Assembly (NCBI GenBank): GCA_046290225.1
Contig: JBKAGE010000061.1
Location: forward strand, 1 to 56,012
Reading direction: 5' to 3'
DNA from: Bradymonadia bacterium
Lineage (GTDB): Bacteria > Myxococcota_A > Bradymonadia > UBA7976 > UBA1532
DNA length: 56,012 bases
The position numbers and the translations under genes are program-made. The notes beneath the pieces are model-generated. The model did no database searches. It was given only the letters and a program-made list of their open reading frames with translations, and had not been told where the DNA came from. Below, piece by piece: positions 37,315 through 47,878 of this stretch; position 1 is the stretch's first letter, and the number at the start of each line of letters is the position of its first letter.

Positions 37315-39270
37315 ATGAAGATTCGAACTGTCACCCTGGCTCTGCTGACCATGCTGCCCGCTCTCGCACATGAAGCTGGGGCCCGAGAGCAGACTGCACA
37401 GACAGAGGGGCGCCGTACACCCACGGCTGACGCCCGAACAGCCACGGCCACCCGAATGACTACGGCCACCCGCGCTGCCCTCGATGCCCGCCGTCAGCAC
37501 ATCATCACCGCCAGCGACCTGCTCGCCGACGAGCAGGGCATGATGTCGACGGTTCACCTGCGCGCTGCCCTCGACAGCGCCTACTTCATGGCCCATGTAC
37601 CGCCATTGATGCGTCACCAGCTCTCGAGCATCGCTGCACGTGCTGGAGACGCGATCCCCTTCAGCACCTTCGAGCCCTTTCTCGAGGTCGTCGCCATGGC
37701 CAAGGCGCCTCTCTGGAACGTGCTCCATGGCGAGTACACCCGAGTGAGGGTGGCCATAACCCTCACCGTCGTTGAAGCGCCCACCGAGGTGGCCGTGGCC
37801 CTCGTAGAAGACTGGGTGTGCACTGGAGAGCGGATGTGCGCAGCGGCGCAGATCTTCGGCCGTAGCACCTTGATTCGAGAGGCGCTGCAGGCCGTGGGGA
37901 GCGATCTCGCCACCTTCATCGCCGACGCTGAAGATCCCTTGCTGGAGATCTACAAGACCGCGTGGACGGCTGTGGCCGAGGCGAAGTTCCTCGAAGCGTT
38001 GGGCATCCCCCTCAACTCGGCGCTGACCCCGGAGCAAATCGCCGATTTGATCGACGAGGCCACCGGCAGCGGGTCGATGCCCCACGGCATGTCCGGGGTG
38101 GCTGATCAGCTCCGGGCCGATTTGCTCCGGAGCCCGGCGAGCTGTCACGGCGACACCATGGGGCTCGCCAATGGCCCTTTTGGGATGTGTGGTTTGCCCG
38201 AGATGCCCACGGGTGGTCCCGGCGGTGGTGATCCGAGCCCCATCGACGGCGCCGCCATGGGGGGTGGTGGTCCAGGGCCGAGCCTGGGCATGACGCCCAT
38301 GAACGGGGGCTGGGGGATCCCCGGGGGCTGCCAGGGCCTCAACCCGAGCGAGATCTTCAACGGCAACGCCGGTGCTGGCCAAGAAATTCAGGGGCAGCCC
38401 AATCCCGTCCGCACTCTCGATGCTGTGGTCAATCGGGTCTTCGAGGCAACGCTCAAGTCGCTCGTGGGCCTGAACATAGGCGCTGGAATCGGGCTCCTCA
38501 CGGGCTTCGCCAAGGCCATCGACAGCGTCCCAGCAGTGGCCTTCCCCGACCCGGTGCCTCCAGGGGCGACTCCTGAGCCGGACACGTCGACCTCGGACGA
38601 GGCCGCGGAGACACACGACGAGGGCCCTTGCCCTGAAGAGGGCTGTGGGGGCGGCGATGAGGGGAGCAGCTCGCCTTCGACCGGGACGGGGGGCGGCGGG
38701 TACGTCGATCCGCTCGGTGATGGGGCCCCGAGCCTCGCCGACGCGTGTGGCAATGCTGTGGGCAGCGCGCTGGTGGGCTGCATGTTCCCGAGCCAGCCTC
38801 AGGCGACCCATGGAGGCAACACGGCGCTGTTGTGCAACGCCCAGATGCCTGCGGATTGTGGCTTCGAGGCCTGTGACTTCGCCTGTGCGTGTCAGAACAC
38901 CGACACCGGCGATGTGTGCTCCCCGGCTCCCGGTGACGCAGGCCCCGCAGCCTGCGCCGAGGACACGGGCGACGAGGTCGACGCGTGCCCCGAGTCCTGC
39001 GAGGTGCTGGTGGTGGCGTCGATGGTGAGCCCCGGGCTGATGCCCCCGGATCAGCTCCCCGACGAGTGCCAGGGCTGTGGCGTGGTCTCTGCGGAGAGCG
39101 AAGATCACCCCTGCTTCGGCGATGAGCCGATGCCCCCCGCGGCGTTGGTGCCCCTGTGTGGGGCCATGGACCCCGTGTGGGACGAGACCCAGGCCATGGG
39201 GCGCGCCGATCCCTGGGCCGGTGAGGCACACATGACTCGGGCGGCAGAGCCGATGCCCCGCCGTCGCTGA
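37315..39270 (+). CDS. Secreted Cys/Gly/Pro-rich hypothetical protein
   Basis: GAGGAGG RBS, signal peptide, Cys-rich acidic C-half. Confidence 0.72.
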   Translation: MKIRTVTLALLTMLPALAHEAGAREQTAQTEGRRTPTADARTATATRMTTATRAALDARRQHIITASDLLADEQGMMSTVHLRAALDSAYFMAHVPPLMRHQLSSIAARAGDAIPFSTFEPFLEVVAMAKAPLWNVLHGEYTRVRVAITLTVVEAPTEVAVALVEDWVCTGERMCAAAQIFGRSTLIREALQAVGSDLATFIADAEDPLLEIYKTAWTAVAEAKFLEALGIPLNSALTPEQIADLIDEATGSGSMPHGMSGVADQLRADLLRSPASCHGDTMGLANGPFGMCGLPEMPTGGPGGGDPSPIDGAAMGGGGPGPSLGMTPMNGGWGIPGGCQGLNPSEIFNGNAGAGQEIQGQPNPVRTLDAVVNRVFEATLKSLVGLNIGAGIGLLTGFAKAIDSVPAVAFPDPVPPGATPEPDTSTSDEAAETHDEGPCPEEGCGGGDEGSSSPSTGTGGGGYVDPLGDGAPSLADACGNAVGSALVGCMFPSQPQATHGGNTALLCNAQMPADCGFEACDFACACQNTDTGDVCSPAPGDAGPAACAEDTGDEVDACPESCEVLVVASMVSPGLMPPDQLPDECQGCGVVSAESEDHPCFGDEPMPPAALVPLCGAMDPVWDETQAMGRADPWAGEAHMTRAAEPMPRRR

Positions 39271-39371
39271 GGGTAAAAAACAGCACCTCAGTCAGAAAGA
39301 GCACGCCCGCCACGAAGACCTCCACAGCGCGGACATGTGCCGCCATTCCACACACGAAATGGAGGTTCGTC

Positions 39372-40439
39372 ATGAAGAAGTCGTTGATCCTGGGTGCTCT
39401 CGTTGCTCTCTCTGCAGGGGCTGCCCACGGGCAGGTGAGGCCAGGGGGGGTCCACACTGGGGCGATTGGGGCTGCCTGTATTTATGGTGTGCAGTTCGAC
39501 GGCGCGTGTCGCAGCCGGATGTGGATCAAGAGCAACCTGGCTGATGGTCGGGACTTGCTCGATGTGGGCGCCTGTGAAGATGGCGATCACTGCGACCTTC
39601 ATTTCACCGTCCTCGACGTCGCCATCGCCGACACGTGCACCGACACCGCAGCCCACACGATGAGCACGTACATGGTCACTGATCGGGCATGCACTACGGG
39701 TGATGGCTGCCTCGAAGGCTACAGCTTGAGCGCTCGAACCACGCTCAATCTCGCCTACGACGTCGAGGACGAGACCGCCACGGGGCTCATGAGCCTGTAC
39801 GTCGCCCCTCGCACGCTGATGTCGGGCCTGGCGCGGCTCAGCTTCGCGGGTCAGGCCGAGATCTCGGCCAACCCCAACCGCAGTGGGTACGACGCCTACG
39901 ATCGCGACGGTGAGCGCATCAGTGGCGCGTACATGACCATCAGCCACGCCAGCAGTGGCCCCACCTGTGAAGCGTTCCCTGAGCAATTGCTCTCTGGCAG
40001 TGATCTGACGGTGGGCGGCGCTGTACGCCAGGCCCTCGAGGAGAGCGTCGAGGTGGTGGCCAGCGATCGCCGCGCCGACATCTCTTTCGGCTTCAGACCC
40101 CAGGCGAGCGATGCAGAGATCGCCCGAGTGTCGACGAGCAGCCTGACCGAGGGCATCGCCAGCCAGTACGCAGACAGCAGTATCTGCGACGCCCTAGACG
40201 AGGCATGTGATGGCACCGACGATGTCGTCATCGACTACAACGATCCCGACTTCGGGGAGCTCGAGCGGTACGGGTGCTACGTGTGCACGGAGCGTGAAGC
40301 CGAGGAGCGCGAGTTCTCCACCGAAGACAGTGATGGCAACACGGTGACGCTCACCGTGACTGGCCTCGAGGGGTGTGTGGAGTGGGAGGTCGACCCCAAC
40401 GGCACTGACGAGGACTGGGACGGCTGGTGCGACGACTGA
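39372..40439 (+). CDS. Secreted Cys-rich acidic hypothetical protein
   Basis: GGAGG RBS; signal peptide ending AHG. Confidence 0.75.
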   Translation: MKKSLILGALVALSAGAAHGQVRPGGVHTGAIGAACIYGVQFDGACRSRMWIKSNLADGRDLLDVGACEDGDHCDLHFTVLDVAIADTCTDTAAHTMSTYMVTDRACTTGDGCLEGYSLSARTTLNLAYDVEDETATGLMSLYVAPRTLMSGLARLSFAGQAEISANPNRSGYDAYDRDGERISGAYMTISHASSGPTCEAFPEQLLSGSDLTVGGAVRQALEESVEVVASDRRADISFGFRPQASDAEIARVSTSSLTEGIASQYADSSICDALDEACDGTDDVVIDYNDPDFGELERYGCYVCTEREAEEREFSTEDSDGNTVTLTVTGLEGCVEWEVDPNGTDEDWDGWCDD

Positions 40440-40467
40440 TTGCAGAGCGCGATCAGCCAACAAGCCC

Positions 40468-41220
40468 TCAATCGAACAAAAACCGCACCGCCGAATACAG
40501 CAACACCGCCATCACCGCCCAGCGAATCAGGGCCGCACCTTTGGCGATGGCTGCGCGGGCACCGAGCATGCTGCCCACCCAGCCCCCCGCTGCCAGCAGC
40601 AGCCCCGAGGGCCAGTCGATCTGGCTGTGACCTCCGAAGATGACCAGCACCACCAGCGTGTAGACCATCACCAGGGCCGCCTTCAGGGCGTTCGCCGTCA
40701 CCACGTCCACCCGCAGGGCCTGCACCAGCACCAGCAGCAACGGGATCCCCACCCCTGCCTGGAACATGCCGCCGTAGACCCCCACCGCCGCCATGGCGGC
40801 CAGCCCCCAATGGGGCGGTTTTCGAGCTTCTACCCCTTGAGGCAACTGGGGCACCAGCCACGAGGGCTTCGCCACCATCAGCACCGCCAGAGCCACGAAG
40901 AGCACGCCGAAGGCCAACTTGATCGCCTTGGGTTGCATGCTCGCCGCCGCGAGAGCGCCGGCCGTAGCGCCGAGAATCACCGGGGGCAGGATGTACCAGA
41001 GGGCCGACCACTGCATCAGCCCTCGGCGTTGGAACGTCAGTGTGGCGCTGATCGACTGTACCCAGACCCCCACCCGGTTGGTGCCGTTCGCCGTGAGCGG
41101 ATCGAGGCCCGCGTAGACCAGAAGCGGCACCGTGAGGGCCGAGCCGCCACCGGCCATGGCGTTCACAAAGCCCGCCGCTGCGCCGCCGAGGACCAGCAGC
41201 GCGCCCATCAGCAGGGTCAA
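40468..41220 (-). CDS. TSUP (TauE/SafE) family membrane transporter
   Basis: AGFVNAMAGGGS, ANGTNR and GVYGGMFQAGVG motifs; TTG start overlapping the ybaK stop. Confidence 0.88.
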   Translation of the reverse strand: MTLLMGALLVLGGAAAGFVNAMAGGGSALTVPLLVYAGLDPLTANGTNRVGVWVQSISATLTFQRRGLMQWSALWYILPPVILGATAGALAAASMQPKAIKLAFGVLFVALAVLMVAKPSWLVPQLPQGVEARKPPHWGLAAMAAVGVYGGMFQAGVGIPLLLVLVQALRVDVVTANALKAALVMVYTLVVLVIFGGHSQIDWPSGLLLAAGGWVGSMLGARAAIAKGAALIRWAVMAVLLYSAVRFLFD

Positions 41221-41699
41221 ATCGCCACCTCGACGGTGGTGGGCGAGAGCAGCTCTACGAGCACCTGTGGGGTGATCTCCACGAGAAACCCGCGCTTGCC
41301 GCCGTTGATGATCAGTTGTTCGAGCTCGAGGATCGAGGCCTCGACATACACCGGCATCGTTTTGCGGGTCCCAAAGGGGGAGGTGCCCCCCACCATGTAC
41401 CCAGTGTGCTTCTGGGCCACCTCTGGCGGGCAGGGATCTACAGCCCGGCAACCGATCTGACGGGCGAGGTTCTTCGTGGACACCTGCTTGTCGCCGTGCA
41501 TCAGCACCACGAGGGGGGCGCCAGCGTCATCGGCCATGATCAGCGTCTTGATCACCTGGTGCTCGTCCACACCAAGGGCCGCGGCACTCGCTGCGGTACC
41601 GCCTTTGGGTACGTAGTCGTAGAGGCGGGGGGTGAAGTCGACCTTCGCCGCCCTCAAGGCGCGGATCGCCGGTGTCACGGGGAATTTCACACGGGCCAT
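41217..41699 (-). CDS. ybaK: Cys-tRNA(Pro) deacylase YbaK/EbsC
   Basis: TPAIR, VIKTL, TGYMVGGTSPFG and INGGKRG motifs. Confidence 0.93.
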   Translation of the reverse strand: MARVKFPVTPAIRALRAAKVDFTPRLYDYVPKGGTAASAAALGVDEHQVIKTLIMADDAGAPLVVLMHGDKQVSTKNLARQIGCRAVDPCPPEVAQKHTGYMVGGTSPFGTRKTMPVYVEASILELEQLIINGGKRGFLVEITPQVLVELLSPTTVEVAI

Positions 41700-41758
41700 G
41701 GGGCTCCCTCTCTCGAGGACTCTTGAGTCTTCCACCCTCGTCCTGCCACAGTCGCCCT

Positions 41759-42466
41759 ATGAAACCCATTCTTTTGAAGACCGGCCGCACCTTCCCCGAA
41801 CTCAAAGCCCGGCGGGGTGATTATGAAGACTGGTTCGCCGCCGCCCTGGGCTGGTCCGTGGACCAGCTCGAGCTCATCGATGTCACCGACGTCGAAGCGC
41901 CCCTGCCCGAGCCTGGGGTCGATGCCCTGATCATCACCGGGAGCCCTGCCTCGGTGCATCATCGGGAGCCCTGGTCCGAGCGGGCCGGCGCTTGGGTCAA
42001 AGCCGTCGTAGAAGCCGGCGTGCCCACCCTCGGGGTCTGCTATGGCCACCAGATCATCGGCGATGTCTTCGGCGGCGAGGTGGGGCTCAACCCCAACGGC
42101 CGCGAGATGGGCGTGGTGCAGATGCAGCGCCTCGTGGAAGATCCGATCTTTGAAGGGCTACCGTCGGTGTTCCCCGTCGTCGAGACCCACACCGACGCGG
42201 TGAACGTGGCGCCTCCTGGGGCCACGGTGTTGGCAAGCACGGCGAACACAGCAGTGCAGGCCATGGCCTATGGTGACCATTGTCGCTCGGTGCAGTGGCA
42301 CCCCGAGTTCGACGCCGACATCATCCGTCATTACATCGACGCCCGCCGGGAGATGATCGACGCCGAGGGTGGCCCGGGCACCGCCGACGCCATGCTGGCC
42401 ACGGTTGTGGATGTCGACACCGGCCCGATCATCATGGCCAACTTCGTTCGGCACTGGCTGAAGTGA
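41759..42466 (+). CDS. Class I glutamine amidotransferase
   Basis: ITGSPASV, GVCYGHQ and QWHPE triad. Confidence 0.92.
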   Translation: MKPILLKTGRTFPELKARRGDYEDWFAAALGWSVDQLELIDVTDVEAPLPEPGVDALIITGSPASVHHREPWSERAGAWVKAVVEAGVPTLGVCYGHQIIGDVFGGEVGLNPNGREMGVVQMQRLVEDPIFEGLPSVFPVVETHTDAVNVAPPGATVLASTANTAVQAMAYGDHCRSVQWHPEFDADIIRHYIDARREMIDAEGGPGTADAMLATVVDVDTGPIIMANFVRHWLK

Positions 42467-43041
42467 CCGATGCGCGAGGCGCCCTCGGGGTGATCCTCGC
42501 CGGGGGGCGAGGCACCCGCATGGGTGGGGCGCACAAAGGCCTGCTCACCGTTGACGGTGTACCGCTGATCTCACGGGCGCACGATGTGTTGGCGTCGCAG
42601 TGTGAGGCGGTGCTGGTGATCACGTTCACGCCCGATGTGTACCGGCCTGTGTTGCCATCCATGGTGGATTTCGTCTCCGATCGACGACCGGGTCATGGCG
42701 CCCCAAGTGGCGTACACACAGCGTTGTGCGAGGCGCGAGATCGCGGGCTGGATCGAGCCTGTGTGCTGGCGTGCGACATGCCGGCGATCACCACCAAAGC
42801 CCTGGCTGAGCTACAGCACGCGATGCTCGATGGCACGCGGGCGCCTGGAGCGTTCTACGAGGCCGGAGGCCATCTGCACCCTCTGGCGGGTTGGTGGGGG
42901 CTGGAGATGTTGTCCGCCATCGAAGAGGCATTGGCATCAGGTGCGGGGTTACAGTCAGTGGTTCGTCAAACAGAGGCACTTGTATTGGCAGGAGACACTG
43001 TGATGTTGGCGAACTGGAACAGCCCTTCAGACATGGGCTGA
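42463..43041 (+). CDS. mobA: Molybdenum cofactor guanylyltransferase
   Basis: ILAGGRGTRMGGAHK, LACDMP, HPL and NWNSPSD motifs; GTGA overlap. Confidence 0.85.
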   Translation: MTDARGALGVILAGGRGTRMGGAHKGLLTVDGVPLISRAHDVLASQCEAVLVITFTPDVYRPVLPSMVDFVSDRRPGHGAPSGVHTALCEARDRGLDRACVLACDMPAITTKALAELQHAMLDGTRAPGAFYEAGGHLHPLAGWWGLEMLSAIEEALASGAGLQSVVRQTEALVLAGDTVMLANWNSPSDMG

Positions 43042-43188
43042 AAAACACTCGAGAAAACCATCCTTGCGAAAATGCCGGGTTTCACCGGCTTGGCCCATCG
43101 CTACATTTCACACATCCCCTGAACGCAGTCGCCGGGCCCGCATCTTTCGTGCGTGTCATGGCATGGAGGATGTGTCGTGTCTCGGTAC

Positions 43189-44175
43189 ATGCTGATCGTC
43201 GTTGTGATCTGTTCGATGCTCAACACCGCATGCCATCGTCTGTGGTACGGCGACTGCCCTGCACCTTCAGCGCTCGCCCGTAAGGCGTTGCCGAGCCACC
43301 TGTCAGAGACAGGGCTGTTCACCCACGTTGCAACACAGGCCCTCGCACCTGGTGTGAAACCCTATCGGCCACGATTCGAGTTGTGGACCGACGGCGCCGA
43401 GAAGTCGCGATGGATCGCATTGCCTGAGGGCGCCCAAATCGACACCAGAGACATGAACGCATGGCAGATGCCCGTGGGCACGCGGCTGTGGAAGACCTTC
43501 GTTCGAGATGGGGTGCGCGTCGAGACGCGTATGCTCATGCGTATCGACGAGGGTGCCGACGGTTGGACCGGCGGTGCATATGTCTGGTTGCCCGACGGAT
43601 CCGACGCCGTGCGCACGCTCGAAGGGGCCGACGATGCTCGAGGCACCCCTCATGATGTACCCTCCGCCGACGCGTGCCGTGGGTGCCATGGGGGCACCGA
43701 AAGCTTTGTATTGGGGTTCTCTGCTGTTCAGCTCGCCGAAGCTCGGGGGCCCACAACGCTGAGCACTCTCACCACCGAGGGCCGCCTCAGTCATCCGCCT
43801 GCACACCCCGTGAAGCTCCCAGGGTCGTCGGAGACGCAAGAGGTGCTCGGGCACTTTCATGTGCACTGTGGCCATTGTCACAACCAACATCGACCGAAGG
43901 GTGACAGCGCACGGTGTTACGATCCGCAGAAGGCTTTCGACTTGTCATTGCGGACTGATCGTATGGAGCGTCTCGACGACACTCCGCTGTATACGGCGAT
44001 GCGCGTGCACGACATGGTGAAGCCAGGTCACCCGGAAGACAGCGCACTGTATCAATGCATGACTCGGGGCACCGTGGGCTTTCAGGTGCGGATGCCACCC
44101 TTGGGCACAGAGATATTCGATGAAGCGGGTGTGGAGAAGGTCCGGCGGTGGATCGCGAACCTCGAAGGTGGGTGA
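43189..44175 (+). CDS. Putative dihaem c-type cytochrome lipoprotein
   Basis: CRGCH and CGHCH, LSETGLF, LWTDGAEKSRW, VETR and MPPLG motifs; lipobox-like TAC. Confidence 0.78.
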   Translation: MLIVVVICSMLNTACHRLWYGDCPAPSALARKALPSHLSETGLFTHVATQALAPGVKPYRPRFELWTDGAEKSRWIALPEGAQIDTRDMNAWQMPVGTRLWKTFVRDGVRVETRMLMRIDEGADGWTGGAYVWLPDGSDAVRTLEGADDARGTPHDVPSADACRGCHGGTESFVLGFSAVQLAEARGPTTLSTLTTEGRLSHPPAHPVKLPGSSETQEVLGHFHVHCGHCHNQHRPKGDSARCYDPQKAFDLSLRTDRMERLDDTPLYTAMRVHDMVKPGHPEDSALYQCMTRGTVGFQVRMPPLGTEIFDEAGVEKVRRWIANLEGG

Positions 44176-44189
44176 GCTCGCGAGAGCGA

Positions 44190-47100
44190 TTACTGCGCGA
44201 TGGCGAGGTTGTAGCGGTCGGCGATGTAAGCCTCGATCTCATCGAGCTCCGCAGCAGTGATGGCGCGGTCGTAGACGATGATCTCCGCGATCTGCGCGTT
44301 GGAGAACTCGCTGCCAGCCAGGTGGCCGGTGAGGGTGAGGCCGTTGGGACCAGCAGTACCACCAGCATTGGATGCGATGAGGGTGCCGTTTCGATAGATG
44401 TCGGAGCGATTGCCCAACATCACCGAAGCGTACATCCGCCATTGTGTGTCGGCGCTGGTGCCGGGGTTGTAGATCCAGCCATTGTGGTAGGCCTTGTCGT
44501 GTCCGCCGCTCCACCAGCCGAGAAGCCAGTTGTTGTTCACGCCAGAGAGAATACGGCTGTTGGCGCCGCCGGTCATGCGGGCGACATAGACGACTGTGGC
44601 AGGAGAAGAGAAGTTGGTGTTGTTGATGAGGGTGTCACCGCTGGAGTTCACCTGGATGGCAGGGTGACCGTTGATGGCGTTGTTCACCAGAGCGACCCGG
44701 CGGTTGACGCTGGGCGCCGTGAAGTTGCTGTTGTTGCCCGAGCGGTCGGACCACTGGTCCACCTCACCACCCACCATCACGATCCCCTCGTCTGCACGCA
44801 CCCACGATGCGATCCCGTTCTCGGAGATCTCGACGCAGGTGTTCACCATGTCGCTGCCAGCATCCATGTCAGCGTTGACGTCGGCACACTCGCCGATGGT
44901 GACCTGGCCGCAGACCTGCGTCTCACACACGGCCACGCCCAGCTCAATGCCCTGACGGATGGTGGCGCCAGCGCCGATGGTGGTCTCGGGGTAGATGATC
45001 ACATCATCTTCGATGGTCACATCATCACCGACATCGGCGGTGTCGCGAATGAGCACGTTGGCACCGACGCTGACGTCGTTGCCGAAGCCGGAGCGAGGCC
45101 ACAAACGACTGTTGTTGCCCAACGTGAAGCGGTGCCCGACAGTGACCTGCTCGTCGATGATGGTGTCAGTGCCGACGTTGGCGGTGTCACCGATGGTGGC
45201 TCGGAACAGAATGGTGCTGCGGGCCCCGATGGTGCCATCGACGCCGAGGGTGACGCCGTCGTAGATGGCGGAGTCTTCGCCCACATCACAGCGGGCACCG
45301 AGGGTGACGAAGATGCCAGTGGTGACGCGGTCGCCAAAGGTGCAGTTGTCAGCGAGGCTGCTCTGGTTGCCCACGAAGCAGTCAGCACCCAGAGTCACGC
45401 CGTTGCCCAGGGCACCGCGAATCTCGGAGTCGGCGCCCACAGCGGCGTCCTCACCAAGCTCCGCACCAGAGGCGAGGATGGTGCCTGCTGCGAGGTGAGC
45501 GTTACGGCCCACCACGGCGTAGTCACCGATGCGTACGCCGTTGCCGAAGTCAGCCTCAGGCTCGATGGTGGCGTTCGACTCGATGTAAACCGTGCTGCCA
45601 AAGACGAAATCATCGCCAATCTCGGTGTTGGATTCGAGGGTGCAGTCAATGCCTGTGGAGCCGTTGGCCCCCATTCTGGCGTTGTTGCCCAGCACACAAC
45701 CAGCACCCAACTGGGTGCTGGCCCCTACCCGAGAGATCTCACCGATTTGCACACCGTCGGGGACCACTGCGCCAGCGCCAATCTCCGTCTGAGTGCCAAT
45801 GCTCACACCAGCGCCGATGCTGGCCCCGTCGCCGATGCGGGCAATCACACCGATGGTGGTGTTGGCGCCAATGCCTACGTTGTCACCGACGCTGACGCCG
45901 TTTGCGAGGCTGGACCCTGCGCCCACAACTGAGCCAGCGCCGATGCCGACACTGCTGCCGAGGGTGCCCATGACAGTGGCGCCGTCGTCCACGCGGGCGA
46001 AGGCACCAATCACTGCGTTCTCACCAATCACGAGGTCGTTGCCGAGGGTCGCGGTGGGATCGATGTCGGCGTTCACGCTCACACAAGCGTCGCCGAAGCC
46101 ATCGCCGTTGTTGTCGGTCTGGTCCGCATTGGCCACGGTGATGCAGTTGTCCACGTCCTGGCAGACACCATCGCCGTCAGCGTCATCAGTGGCATCGTTG
46201 GCACACACATCACAGGCATCACCGGCACCATCGCCATCAGTGTCTGCCTGGTCTGCGTTTGCGGCGAGCGGGCAGTTGTCATCGGTATCACATTGCCCAT
46301 CATCATCTGCGTCGGGGCAGATCAGGCCCCCTGAGTTGTTCAGGCTGACGGGGATACTGAAGTTGCCCCCGAGGTTCACTGCGGGGAGGTTGTCACCAAT
46401 GTTCGTACCATTGGTGCCATAGTTACTGTTGTTGCCGAGACCGAGGTTGCCATAGGGGTTGTAGCCCCAGCACTTCAGGGTGTCGTTGTCCAACACGGCG
46501 CAGGTGCTGTGAAAGCCTACGCCCAGCGAGATCGCCGTGCGTCCGGTGCCGAGATTCACCGGAGGGAGGTTGTCGCCCATCTCACCACCGGCATCACCAC
46601 GATGGCTGGTGTGCCCCTGGCCGGCCTGGCCAAGCTCGTTGCGGCCCCAGCATTTCACCGTGCCGTTGTCCAGCAAGGCACACACATGGTGGTTGCCGGC
46701 GACGATTTGAGTGGCGGTTCGGCCGGTGCCCAGATCCGAGTAGGCGAGGTTGTCACCCATCTCGTTGGCACTGTCGCCACGAGTGGCTGTGTTGCCCTGA
46801 CCGAGCTGACCGTAGCCGTTGTGACCCCAGCATTTGACCCCGCCGTTGTCCAGCAGGGCGCAGCTGAACTGGTAGCCCACAGCCACCATCGTCGCGGTGC
46901 GTCCGGTGCCGAGATCGACAGTGGCGAGGCTGTCGCCCATTTCACCGCCATTGTCGCCGCGTTGGGTGGTGTTCCCCTGACCGAGTTGGCCTGTGGAGTT
47001 CCAGCCCCAGCACTTGACGTCACCGTTATCGAGCACCGCACACACATGGTAGTAGCCCGCCGACATCTGCACTGCTGTGCGGCCGGTACCGAGCTCGGTG

Positions 47101-47699
47101 TAGGCGAGGTTGTCGCCCATCTCGCCGCCATTGTCTCCGCGCTGGGTGGTGTTGCCCTGGCCGAGATGGCCATAGCCGTTGTAGCCCCAGCATTTCACCT
47201 TGCCGTTGTCCAGGATCGCGCATGTGCCATGGTAGAAGCTGGCCAGATGCACGGCGGTGCGGCCGGTGCCGAGGTCGGTGTAGGCGAGGTTGTTCCCCAT
47301 CTCGTTGGCGCCGTCGCCACGCTGAGAGGTGTTGCCCTGGCCCAGTTGTCCGTTGGCGTTGTTGCCCCAACACTTCACCCGGCCGTCATCGAGCAGGGCG
47401 CAGGTGAAGTAGCGGCCGTTGGTGACCTGCTGCACTGTGTGTGGTTGCCCTTGGGCGTTGGTGCCCAGGTCGATGGGCGAGAGGTTGGCCACCTCGTTGG
47501 CGTTGTCACCGTATTGCGTGGTGTTGCCCTGGCCGAGCTGGCCGTCGTTGTTGCGACCCCAGCACTTCATCTGGCCACCATCGTCGATGGCGCAGTGGAA
47601 GTAGCCGTTGCTTGCCTCGGCCATGCTCAGGCCGGCGAGGGTGACAACCCCTGCGGCGAGGGCGCTCTGCAGGAGTTTGCGCGTCAATGAATGGGCCAT
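44190..47699 (-). CDS. Secreted multidomain protein: RCC1 propeller + TSP type-3 repeats + hexapeptide beta-helix + LamG-like domain
   Basis: Seven CAxLDxGxVKCWGxNxxGQLG repeats, DNCPxxxNxDQxDxDxDGxGDAC repeats, ~400 aa of hexapeptide repeats and a C-terminal W.D.SGN...IAEIIVYDRA domain. Confidence 0.9.
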   Translation of the reverse strand: MAHSLTRKLLQSALAAGVVTLAGLSMAEASNGYFHCAIDDGGQMKCWGRNNDGQLGQGNTTQYGDNANEVANLSPIDLGTNAQGQPHTVQQVTNGRYFTCALLDDGRVKCWGNNANGQLGQGNTSQRGDGANEMGNNLAYTDLGTGRTAVHLASFYHGTCAILDNGKVKCWGYNGYGHLGQGNTTQRGDNGGEMGDNLAYTELGTGRTAVQMSAGYYHVCAVLDNGDVKCWGWNSTGQLGQGNTTQRGDNGGEMGDSLATVDLGTGRTATMVAVGYQFSCALLDNGGVKCWGHNGYGQLGQGNTATRGDSANEMGDNLAYSDLGTGRTATQIVAGNHHVCALLDNGTVKCWGRNELGQAGQGHTSHRGDAGGEMGDNLPPVNLGTGRTAISLGVGFHSTCAVLDNDTLKCWGYNPYGNLGLGNNSNYGTNGTNIGDNLPAVNLGGNFSIPVSLNNSGGLICPDADDDGQCDTDDNCPLAANADQADTDGDGAGDACDVCANDATDDADGDGVCQDVDNCITVANADQTDNNGDGFGDACVSVNADIDPTATLGNDLVIGENAVIGAFARVDDGATVMGTLGSSVGIGAGSVVGAGSSLANGVSVGDNVGIGANTTIGVIARIGDGASIGAGVSIGTQTEIGAGAVVPDGVQIGEISRVGASTQLGAGCVLGNNARMGANGSTGIDCTLESNTEIGDDFVFGSTVYIESNATIEPEADFGNGVRIGDYAVVGRNAHLAAGTILASGAELGEDAAVGADSEIRGALGNGVTLGADCFVGNQSSLADNCTFGDRVTTGIFVTLGARCDVGEDSAIYDGVTLGVDGTIGARSTILFRATIGDTANVGTDTIIDEQVTVGHRFTLGNNSRLWPRSGFGNDVSVGANVLIRDTADVGDDVTIEDDVIIYPETTIGAGATIRQGIELGVAVCETQVCGQVTIGECADVNADMDAGSDMVNTCVEISENGIASWVRADEGIVMVGGEVDQWSDRSGNNSNFTAPSVNRRVALVNNAINGHPAIQVNSSGDTLINNTNFSSPATVVYVARMTGGANSRILSGVNNNWLLGWWSGGHDKAYHNGWIYNPGTSADTQWRMYASVMLGNRSDIYRNGTLIASNAGGTAGPNGLTLTGHLAGSEFSNAQIAEIIVYDRAITAAELDEIEAYIADRYNLAIAQ

Positions 47700-47878
47700 G
47701 AGGTCTCCTCGAACCACTCTTGTGCTGATGTGTAGATAGAACCAGCACAGTGTAAGTGATGAGGGGAGGCAGGACTACACCAAAATCGTTCAGAGAGGGT
47801 CTGCGACCATAGAGGCCATGAGAGGCACACGCTGCACAATGAGGCGTTACCTGTACTGATGTGGGTGGGTCAGTGGGC

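Noticed and set aside
46350..47600. ~180-bp DNA tandem repeats
   Set aside because: Fully explained by the RCC1 protein repeats.
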